Below the pieces are notes generated by a model. That model made no database searches. It had not been told where the DNA came from and saw nothing but the letters and a program-made list of their open reading frames with translations. 64,000 nt of DNA from a virus. Positions within the stretch are counted from its first letter, which is position 1; every line of letters begins with the position of its first letter. Of this stretch, positions 30,609-38,305 are shown piece after piece. Both the position numbers and the translations under genes were made by a program. The stretch covers positions 1 through 64,000 of the IMG/VR virus record IMGVR_UViG_3300045988_107970, one strand, 5' to 3'.

Positions 30609-31025
30609 ATGTCATATAGGGTTTTCGATCTAAAAAATCGTGAATGGGCAGATCCCGATAAAATTCTAATTTCATGCGGAGAAAACAAGCTTCTGACCTG
30701 CGGAAACGCTGTGCTCGGATGGCGAAAATTGAAGGAATTGCCTGAAGATAAGTATTTATTCCACAAAAGTCTAGGAATTGTGGATAAACATGGTGTCGAG
30801 CTATATGAAGGCGATATCTGTGCTGTTGATATGCCAGAGGGACATGAAGATGGCGATACAATCACTGTTGAGGTTGCATATATCAAAGAGCGTGCTGCTT
30901 ATTTCATGTTTGATTGGGAGCACTCTAAGTATTACAGCTTTGGTGAAGATATTAATTTAATCATTGAAGTTGTAGGCAATGTATGCGATAGACTTGATGG
31001 AGAAAATGAGGAGGATGTAGCATGA
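30609..31025 (+). CDS. YopX family protein
   Basis: FHKSLGIVDKHGVELYEGDICAV...VEVAYIKERAAYFMFDW. Confidence 0.6.
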   Translation: MSYRVFDLKNREWADPDKILISCGENKLLTCGNAVLGWRKLKELPEDKYLFHKSLGIVDKHGVELYEGDICAVDMPEGHEDGDTITVEVAYIKERAAYFMFDWEHSKYYSFGEDINLIIEVVGNVCDRLDGENEEDVA

Positions 31026-31150
31026 CGGTAATTGCAATCGTTGGAGTGGCGGCAATTGTGGTATCATATACATGCTGTAAGATTTCCCACAAGGAAGATG
31101 AGCTTCGTAGGTATGAGAATGAAGACTATGGTATTTGGGATGAGTGGTGA
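31022..31150 (+). CDS. possible 42-aa membrane peptide
   Basis: Own translation MTVIAIVGVAAIVVSYTCCKISHKEDELRRYENEDYGIWDEW; ATGA overlap with upstream stop. Confidence 0.4.
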   Translation: MTVIAIVGVAAIVVSYTCCKISHKEDELRRYENEDYGIWDEW

Positions 31151-31155
31151 TTGAT

Positions 31156-31725
31156 ATGATTCAGATTCGTAATGGAGTATTTGAGACTAATAGCTCAAGC
31201 ACGCACAGCATTTGCATCGCAAAGAAGCCTGTCGATGCAGACGGATGCTATGTTGCTTTTCACTTTGGAGAGTTTGGTTGGGAAAATGATGATGTCAATG
31301 TGGCAGATTATCTATATACTGCTATCTATGAACTTGATCCGAATGGCGACCGTGGACTTCTTGATAAGCTAAAGGATATTCTTGATGCTCATGGTATCAG
31401 CTATACATTTGAAGAGCCTAAGACAGTTCACTATGATTATGGTGATGGAAATGAATGGGACGAGCTTGATGTAGGATATATCGACCACGGATATGATACA
31501 TATGAGTTCGTACATACAGTGCTTGACAATGATGATATGCTAATTCGCTATCTCTTTAGTGATAGTCATGTGTACACTGGCAATGATAATGATGATGGCG
31601 ATAGGATGTGCAATGCCGCAGAGCCTACAATCTGGAAGTGGGATACGGATTGGCACAATAGCTGGGAAGAGCCAAACCCCAATCACGATGAAGAGAAGTA
31701 CGAATACTTCTATAAGGGAAACTAG
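31156..31725 (+). CDS. hypothetical protein, paralog A (N-terminal MIQIRNGVFETNSSSTHS)
   Basis: Shares an 18-residue N-terminal motif with 31736..32206. Confidence 0.7.
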   Translation: MIQIRNGVFETNSSSTHSICIAKKPVDADGCYVAFHFGEFGWENDDVNVADYLYTAIYELDPNGDRGLLDKLKDILDAHGISYTFEEPKTVHYDYGDGNEWDELDVGYIDHGYDTYEFVHTVLDNDDMLIRYLFSDSHVYTGNDNDDGDRMCNAAEPTIWKWDTDWHNSWEEPNPNHDEEKYEYFYKGN

Positions 31726-31735
31726 GTGTTGTACA

Positions 31736-32206
31736 ATGATTCAGATTCGCGCTGGTGTGTTCGAGACTAATTCAAGCTCAACGCATTCACTATGTATTAT
31801 GACGAAAGATGATTTTAATAAATGGGTTTCAAGTCATAATGGTGAATATTATTTTGTTGATGGAGATGGATATGGCTATTCTTTCAATCATTGTTTTGCT
31901 GATGGTGTTGGAAGCGGAATCTATGATAAAGAAACAGTAAAGCAGGCTATCGAAAAATACGCAAAGTATTATGAAGAGAAGTACAAAGATGAGCAGTGGT
32001 ATATTCCTGTCGATGTTGACATGTTGGAGTATAGCGATGACGAAGAGGTAGAGTCTAGCCGCGAGGATTCAAGACTATACGACCTAGGTATCTATACATA
32101 TGATGATTGGTGTAGATATAATGATGAGCTAGAGCAGTATGAGACATCCTTTACAACTCCGTCTGGTGATGATATGATTGCATTCGGAGCATATGGCTAT
32201 CGCTAG
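31736..32206 (+). CDS. hypothetical protein, paralog B (N-terminal MIQIRAGVFETNSSSTHS)
   Basis: ATG 31736 inside ORF 31559..32206. Confidence 0.7.
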   Translation: MIQIRAGVFETNSSSTHSLCIMTKDDFNKWVSSHNGEYYFVDGDGYGYSFNHCFADGVGSGIYDKETVKQAIEKYAKYYEEKYKDEQWYIPVDVDMLEYSDDEEVESSREDSRLYDLGIYTYDDWCRYNDELEQYETSFTTPSGDDMIAFGAYGYR

Positions 32207-32214
32207 GAGAAGTA

Positions 32215-33120
32215 ATGAAGATTCTTGGCAGTTATAAGAACAACGACTATACCTGTACAATGTTCTCAGACGGCACTAAAATTAGGTGGAATGATAAGGA
32301 TTCATTTAACCCAATCAAGCCTGAGTCAATTGACCTTAAGATTACCAACATGTGTAATATGGAGTGTGGTATGTGCCACGAGAACTCAACGTCCGATGGG
32401 AAGCATGGCGATATCCTGAACCTTCCGTTTATCGATACTATGTTTCCCTATAGCGAAGTTGCAATCGGTGGCGGCAATCCTTTGACGCATCCAGATTTGA
32501 TTGAATTTCTTAAAGGACTTAAAGAGCGCAAGATTATCGCAAGCATGACGGTGAATCAAATGCACTTTATGCAGAATATTGATTTGCTGAAAGAGCTTAC
32601 GGATAAAAAACTAATCTATGGTCTTGGTATTTCATATATCGGTGGCCGTCATGAGAACTGCATTGAAGCAATCAAGCAGTTCCCCAATGCTGTCGTTCAT
32701 GTTATCAACGGTATCGTACATATGGATGGTCTAGAAGCCCTTGCCAATAACGATTTGAAGATTCTCGTTCTTGGATACAAGGAGTTTAGGCGTGGCAAAA
32801 CTCTATATGATGAGTGCGGTAGTCAGATTAATTATCTAAAGGCACAGTTCTATGACCTGCTACCTAAGATGGTGAACGATGGCTGGTTCAAGTGCATTAG
32901 CTTTGACAACCTTGCAATTAAGCAGCTTGAGCCTAAGCGCCTTATGAGTGAGGAAGACTACGCTCAATTCTATATGGGCGATGATGGGTCGTTCACTATG
33001 TATGTAGATGCTGTTAACCAACAGTTTGCTAAGAGTTCTGTGTCTACTGAGCGATATGATTTGATGGATGATATCGCCGATATGTTTAAGATTGTTAAGG
33101 ATGGTGTCAATGGAAAATAA
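32215..33120 (+). CDS. radical SAM protein (function unassigned)
   Basis: CxxxCxxC cluster motif CNMECGMCHE near the N-terminus; GGGNP SAM-binding-like motif. Confidence 0.75.
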   Translation: MKILGSYKNNDYTCTMFSDGTKIRWNDKDSFNPIKPESIDLKITNMCNMECGMCHENSTSDGKHGDILNLPFIDTMFPYSEVAIGGGNPLTHPDLIEFLKGLKERKIIASMTVNQMHFMQNIDLLKELTDKKLIYGLGISYIGGRHENCIEAIKQFPNAVVHVINGIVHMDGLEALANNDLKILVLGYKEFRRGKTLYDECGSQINYLKAQFYDLLPKMVNDGWFKCISFDNLAIKQLEPKRLMSEEDYAQFYMGDDGSFTMYVDAVNQQFAKSSVSTERYDLMDDIADMFKIVKDGVNGK

Positions 33121-33547
33121 GTTGCTTTATCTTGCTGGCGGCATAAGCGGACTCAGCCGTGATGAGCAGTGGCAGTGGCGCAAAGATGTGCGTACTAAGA
33201 TTCTTGAGAGCATTAATTTCTATGGGTATGATTATATGCCCGTGTTCTTTAACCCACTGATGCACTACACTCTAGATGATAAAATTCACAAGAGTGAGCG
33301 CGAGGTATTTGAGCTTGAGACTTACAATGTTCGCAAGTCAGATTTGGTTATTGTGAACTTCAACGCTCCTTCGTCAATCGGAAGCGCTATGGAACTCGCT
33401 ATCGCCAAGGAGAATCGTATTCCTGTTGCTGGATTGAACGAAGATAACGTTGAGCTGCATCCTTGGTTGATTGAGTGTACAACGCGCATGTGCGATACAT
33501 TTGACGAGCTTATCGACTATGTTGCATGTCAGCATTTGATGGCGTAA
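33110..33547 (+). CDS. nucleoside 2-deoxyribosyltransferase-like protein
   Basis: MENKLLYLAGGISG...VIVNFNAPSSIGSAMELAIAKENRIPV; ATGGAAAATAA overlap with the upstream gene. Confidence 0.6.
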   Translation: MENKLLYLAGGISGLSRDEQWQWRKDVRTKILESINFYGYDYMPVFFNPLMHYTLDDKIHKSEREVFELETYNVRKSDLVIVNFNAPSSIGSAMELAIAKENRIPVAGLNEDNVELHPWLIECTTRMCDTFDELIDYVACQHLMA

Positions 33548-33550
33548 TAA

Positions 33551-33580
33551 ACTAATGTAAAACTAATGTAGACTAATGTA
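33551..33580 (+). repeat. three tandem copies of ACTAATGTA (period 10-11 nt)
   Basis: Copies at 33551-33559, 33562-33570 and 33572-33580; the same CTAATGT core recurs in the promoter motif at 33631. Confidence 0.85.
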
Positions 33581-33630
33581 AAAAATTTTTAGATTATCTA
33601 CTAGATTAGTTTATACTTGTGATATAATAA

Positions 33631-33644
33631 CTAATGTTATATGC
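33631..33644 (+). promoter_or_regulatory. middle-region promoter-like motif TAATGTTATATGC
   Basis: CTAATGTTATATGC, 28 nt upstream of the SSB-like gene; preceded by GTGATATAAT. Confidence 0.6.
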
Positions 33645-33671
33645 CTTAATAAATATACGGAGGTATCTTAG

Positions 33672-34820
33672 ATGGCAAATGAGAAGAGTGGCATTAAGAA
33701 GACTGACTGGAAGTCAAGCTTTGTTCTAGTTGGCGCTGCAAAGGTAAATGATTATACCTTTACCATCGATAAGCAGAGTGAGCGCAGTTCTTGGGTTTAT
33801 AATTCTATGGGCCTTAACATTGACTGCGGTGAGAAGTATGGTACTGTACGCGCCGAGATGTTTGGTGGATATTCCCCAGACCGCGAGAATATTATCTATG
33901 CCCACGGCAAGGACGATAACGGCAATGATGACTTTTCTAAGCAGATGACTGTTGCTTGGGAAGACCGCTTTGATGATACGATTCTAGATGAGGTCGGCGA
34001 CCTTTCGTTCATCGTTGTCGGTCTTGAGAAGACTACGACTGGAAAGACCTATTATAAGAACTTCCTTAGCGAGTATGATGCCATTGCCTATGCTCAGGAG
34101 CATCTTGAGGACGGCATGATCGTAAACGTCAAGGGTCGTTTGCAGTATAGTATGTACAATGATACCGTTCAGGTTCGTAAGACTATTCAGAGCATTGTTC
34201 TTAGCAGCGCAGATGAGCCTTCTAAGTACTATGCTCGATTCACTCAGTCTGTTCTTCTTGATAAGGATTCTGCAAGCCTTAAGGATGTTGACAAGGACAA
34301 GGGCGTTATGTATGTGAATGCTCGTGTTCTTGATTATGTGAGTGAGCTTAACGGTACTGAGATTAATGGTCAGTATCCGTTCACAGAGCAGTTCGAGTTT
34401 CCAATGGACTTCACTAAGCCTGAGCTTTGCAAGAAGGTTTATGATAAGCTCTTTAAGATTAAGAAGAATGTTCGTCAGGTAACATTTGATGGTATCTTTG
34501 TTGAGGGCGGAGCTACTGTTACCGCAACAATGGATGATGTTCCCGATGATATCAAGAATCTAATTGATATGGGTATTTATTCTGAGGAGGAAGCACTTGC
34601 CAAGTGTAGTGCAAGCGGCTCTCGTGAGCGCCGTATGATTCTTCAGAAGCCAGTGATTAAGCTTGTTGGCGATGACAAGACTCCTGTTGTCCAAATCTTT
34701 GATGATAAGTATGAAGAGGATGAGCTTGTAATTAACACTGGTAGCGATGAGGATGCGCCATTTGATACTGATGAGAAGCCTTCAGATGGCTCAGATATGT
34801 CTTGGCTTGATTCCCTGTAA
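33672..34820 (+). CDS. putative single-stranded DNA-binding protein with acidic C-terminal tail
   Basis: Position at the head of the replication module; acidic tail ...DEKPSDGSDMSWLDSL; fold not verified. Confidence 0.45.
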   Translation: MANEKSGIKKTDWKSSFVLVGAAKVNDYTFTIDKQSERSSWVYNSMGLNIDCGEKYGTVRAEMFGGYSPDRENIIYAHGKDDNGNDDFSKQMTVAWEDRFDDTILDEVGDLSFIVVGLEKTTTGKTYYKNFLSEYDAIAYAQEHLEDGMIVNVKGRLQYSMYNDTVQVRKTIQSIVLSSADEPSKYYARFTQSVLLDKDSASLKDVDKDKGVMYVNARVLDYVSELNGTEINGQYPFTEQFEFPMDFTKPELCKKVYDKLFKIKKNVRQVTFDGIFVEGGATVTATMDDVPDDIKNLIDMGIYSEEEALAKCSASGSRERRMILQKPVIKLVGDDKTPVVQIFDDKYEEDELVINTGSDEDAPFDTDEKPSDGSDMSWLDSL

Positions 34821-34832
34821 ATAATACATACT

Positions 34833-34847
34833 ATTAATGTTATATGC
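34833..34847 (+). promoter_or_regulatory. middle-region promoter-like motif
   Basis: ATTAATGTTATATGC. Confidence 0.6.
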
Positions 34848-34899
34848 GGGAGAGATAAGTTTGAACTCTCCCGCTCATTTGCTAGTGATTGGAGGTGTT

Positions 34900-35621
34900 A
34901 TGGGAAAGTTTAATGATTTAACTGGTCAGAAGTTTGGCAGACTTACTGTTATTAAACGCACAGAAAATTATAAGACCCCAAGCGGAAATACAAAAGCACA
35001 ATGGTTATGTATGTGCGACTGCGGCAATCCAAATCCTATTATTGTAACGACATCTAATTTAAAGCGTAACAATACAACATCTTGTGGATGTCATCAAAAA
35101 GAGAGAGCTTCACAAGCAAATAAAAAATACAACACTTATGATTTGTCTGGCGAATATGGAATTGGTTATTTAAGTAATTCTAATGAACAATTTTATTTTG
35201 ATAAATGTGATTATGACAAAATAAAAAGATATTGCTGGCTTTCAGATGGTGAATATGTAGTTGCTAGAAATGGAAATCGCAACATAAGACTTAGTAGGCT
35301 TATTATGGGAGTAGTAAATACTGGCAATGATGTTTTGGTGGATCATAAAAACCATAACACATATGATAATCGAAGATGCAATCTTAGAATTGTTGATACT
35401 CAAAAAACGCCATGAATAAACGTCTTCTTGACTCAAATATATCTGGTGTTGCTGGCGTAAGATTTGAAAATAAAAAATGGGTAGCCTACATCAAAGTAAA
35501 TTATAAAAAAATTTGGCTTGGGGCATTTGACAACTTTGAAGACGCTGTGAACGCTAGAAAAGTAGCTGAAGAAAAATATTTTGGCGAGTATAGTTATGAT
35601 AATAGTATGAAATTGTCATAA
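34900..35621 (+). pseudogene. HNH-AP2 homing endonuclease with a frame break at an A6 run (35402-35407)
   Basis: The HNH part ends ...NLRIVDTQKTP*. The -1 frame continues NAMNKRLLDSNISGVAGVRF...AP2 domain. Co-linear with the intact paralog 26504..27220. Confidence 0.75.
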
Positions 35622-35654
35622 AATTATTAATATTATATGTTATAATTCTTAACT

Positions 35655-35669
35655 GATAATGTTATATGC
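35655..35669 (+). promoter_or_regulatory. middle-region promoter-like motif
   Basis: GATAATGTTATATGC. Confidence 0.6.
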
Positions 35670-35689
35670 ATAAAGAAGGGTGATAAAAT

Positions 35690-36805
35690 ATGGGTAAGTT
35701 TGGTAAAAAGAATCATGTGTCACTAAATCCACTTGATGCCAATCTTTGTCTTCTAGGACTTCCCAAAATCGGAAAGACTACTATTATGAAGCAGGTAGCA
35801 GAGAAGCTTGTGGGGGAGTCTGGGTATCTGTTCCTTGAGATGTACAGGGAGAATGGCGCGAAGTACATCGAGGATATTGTCTACGAGAACGTGCCAGACT
35901 GGGATACGTTCGTAGAAATCATTGACGATATTGTTGAGAATAAGACTAGTGATTATCCAGATCTCAAAGTTGTCTTTATCGATACAATTGACAACGCCAT
36001 TCAGCTCGCAGAGCAGGAGAGTATTCGACTCTGGAACAAGGAGAATCCAACTAAGCGTACTACTGCAATTAATGCGGCTTGGGGAGGTTTTCAGAAGGGG
36101 CAAGATAAGGCGCTTGACCTGCTTCAGGAGCAGTGGTTCCGTCTTCGTGAGGTTGGCGTAGCGTTTTCTCTAATTGGTCATGTACGCCAGACAACCATCA
36201 CAGACCCAATTACGCTTGATACATATCAGCAGATTACATCTGATGTTTCGCAGCGATACTTTAATCAGATTAAGAAGAATATTGATTTGATTGGCATTGC
36301 TTACATTGACCGTGAAATTACCAAGGAGCGTACTGGCAAGAAGAACGCTGTAACTGGCAAGGATGAGGTTGTCAATAAGATTACTTCAGAAGCACGAAAG
36401 ATTAAGTTTAGGGATTCGAATTATTGTGTTGATAGCGGCGGTCGAATGTCTCAAATTGTCGAGGAGATTAACTTTGACGCAGACGAGTTTATTAAGGCAA
36501 TCACGAATGCCCTTGCCGCAGAGGTAACAAAGAGCGGCAAGTCTGTTGATGCTCGCGCAAAGGAAGACGCAAAGCGCGAGAAGGAAACAGCTAAGCGCGT
36601 TGCAGAGCAGGAAGAGCAGGCTAAGTCTCAGGCTGCTGTGGACGATGTAGTTGCTCAGATTGTTGATTTCTTTACTGAGAACAAGTCTGACATTGCAAAG
36701 ATTAAGCCAGTTCTTGCAGCCGTCAAGAATCTTGGGTATGACAACCCCAAGTCCATTGATAATGTCGAGGACGCAAACAAGATTCTCGCTCTAATTTCTG
36801 AGTAA
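35690..36805 (+). CDS. AAA_24-type (Sak4-like) RecA-fold ATPase
   Basis: Walker A LLGLPKIGKTT; Walker B VVFIDTID; lysine/glutamate-rich C-terminal region. Confidence 0.65.
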   Translation: MGKFGKKNHVSLNPLDANLCLLGLPKIGKTTIMKQVAEKLVGESGYLFLEMYRENGAKYIEDIVYENVPDWDTFVEIIDDIVENKTSDYPDLKVVFIDTIDNAIQLAEQESIRLWNKENPTKRTTAINAAWGGFQKGQDKALDLLQEQWFRLREVGVAFSLIGHVRQTTITDPITLDTYQQITSDVSQRYFNQIKKNIDLIGIAYIDREITKERTGKKNAVTGKDEVVNKITSEARKIKFRDSNYCVDSGGRMSQIVEEINFDADEFIKAITNALAAEVTKSGKSVDARAKEDAKREKETAKRVAEQEEQAKSQAAVDDVVAQIVDFFTENKSDIAKIKPVLAAVKNLGYDNPKSIDNVEDANKILALISE

Positions 36806-36882
36806 TTCTGATATAATGTATAACCATGCTACAGGACATAAAAAATGTAGTATGGTTATACTCACTAAAGAAAGGTTTGATT

Positions 36883-37023
36883 ATGGCACAGTCTATTGAG
36901 GTCATGGAGCAGCGCTATCAGATGCTACTTAACCGCAAGGGTAAGAATTCAGAGAATGTCGGCATCATGCGCAAGCTACGCCGTAAGATTAACAAGGCTA
37001 AGAACGGCATTATTCTTTCCTAG
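36883..37023 (+). CDS. hypothetical small basic protein (46 aa)
   Basis: ATG 36883 inside ORF 36826..37023. Confidence 0.4.
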   Translation: MAQSIEVMEQRYQMLLNRKGKNSENVGIMRKLRRKINKAKNGIILS

Positions 37024-37063
37024 CATATCTTCATAGAATATTCCTTCAGAGAAAGGAGTCTAT

Positions 37064-37492
37064 ATGTCTTCTGACTTTAAGCAAGAGTTTCTGAAAAACA
37101 AGTATGAGTATATTTCAGATGATGCTGCTAATGAGCCGCTAAAGAAAACGAAGAAGCAGAAGCCCAAGAAGTCTAATCATAAGCATGAATATAAGAATTT
37201 AATTATTCAGTCTTATGATAAGGTGGCTGGCAAATGGCGTGATACTTATGTAAGTTATTGTCCTATTTGCGGCAAGCTGAGCAGCTTTCAGGAAACTGAT
37301 GATATTGCAAAGATTTTCCCAAATATTCGAGTTGGTACATTTGGCTTTTGTATTGGCCTAACTTATAATGAGAGCAACAAAGAGTGGCAGAGCTTTGCAA
37401 ATTGGTCTAGCGAAAATATTCCGCATGTCAAGTGGAAAGATTTTGTTTATTGGAAAGACAAGTATATCGACTTGGATTTGCTAAATAATTAA
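37064..37492 (+). CDS. hypothetical protein with CxxC zinc-ribbon element
   Basis: YCPICGK; AAGGAG RBS; terminator follows. Confidence 0.6.
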   Translation: MSSDFKQEFLKNKYEYISDDAANEPLKKTKKQKPKKSNHKHEYKNLIIQSYDKVAGKWRDTYVSYCPICGKLSSFQETDDIAKIFPNIRVGTFGFCIGLTYNESNKEWQSFANWSSENIPHVKWKDFVYWKDKYIDLDLLNN

Positions 37493-37505
37493 TTGACCTA
37501 ATATT

Positions 37506-37537
37506 CTGCCCATGACATAATAGTCGTGGGCAGTTTT
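37506..37537 (+). terminator. intrinsic terminator
   Basis: CTGCCCA/TGGGCAG stem, T4. Confidence 0.7.
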
Positions 37538-37547
37538 ATATATATGG

Positions 37548-38291
37548 ATGGTGTATAAAGTGAAAAAAGAAAAGTCACCTATTACCATTGTCGCAGAAAT
37601 GGTTGATAAAAATTATGCATATGTTCTTAATTTTATAAACAATCATCCTGAGCTTGGTATTGTAAAAGATGAAAACAATAAATATGTAATGGATGAATCA
37701 CAGCAAAACTCTTTATGCATAACCATTCAAAAGCACGAGATTGAACGTGAACAGAAGCGAGTTGAGCGCGAGAAGAAGAAGCTTGAACAAGAGAAGAAGC
37801 GAGTTGAGCGCGAAAAGAATAAGGCAAAAAAAGAAAAAGTGCGCAAGATGACAAAGCAAGAGAATGAAGAGTGGGATGCGCTTTATGAGTATGTGCGTAC
37901 AAAGGTTATGGGATACGATGGCAAGCAACACTTAGAGCCTTATATTGTATTAAGGCTAAAGGGTCTGGCTGAGGGCAAAGCAATGGCTAACCGCAAACAC
38001 AAAGGTAATGCTTGTTATTCTTATTTGCTTATTTTAAATACATTTAAATACTGTATGCCAGATATTCAGCGTGCAGTTGGGCGTATCGCATTTAAAGATA
38101 CATGTGGCAAGTTCAACTACATTATGAGAATCGTGGAAAATAATATCAATACGGTATATATCCGTATGAAAAATGTAGAGAAAGTAAAAGAAGAAGCTGT
38201 AAAATCTGATGTCAGTTATGCTGCTAACTATGTTAATATGTTTAAGGCAAAGAAAACAAACAACACTAAGAAGCTCGATGACCTATGGTAA
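37548..38291 (+). CDS. hypothetical protein with central KE-rich coiled coil (possible replication organiser or helicase loader, by position only)
   Basis: EREQKRVEREKKKLEQEKKRVEREKNKAKKEK; immediately upstream of the DnaB-like helicase. Confidence 0.6.
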   Translation: MVYKVKKEKSPITIVAEMVDKNYAYVLNFINNHPELGIVKDENNKYVMDESQQNSLCITIQKHEIEREQKRVEREKKKLEQEKKRVEREKNKAKKEKVRKMTKQENEEWDALYEYVRTKVMGYDGKQHLEPYIVLRLKGLAEGKAMANRKHKGNACYSYLLILNTFKYCMPDIQRAVGRIAFKDTCGKFNYIMRIVENNINTVYIRMKNVEKVKEEAVKSDVSYAANYVNMFKAKKTNNTKKLDDLW

Positions 38292-38305
38292 GGGTTGGTT
38301 GATAT

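Noticed and set aside
35395-35415. Programmed -1 ribosomal frameshift on A-AAA-AAC in the HNH-AP2 gene
   Set aside because: The A run is not in the X-XXY-YYZ register of the zero frame (the codons are CAA-AAA-ACG). No downstream pseudoknot or hairpin is evident. Two other breaks in the window also sit at homopolymers, so indel error or decay is favoured.
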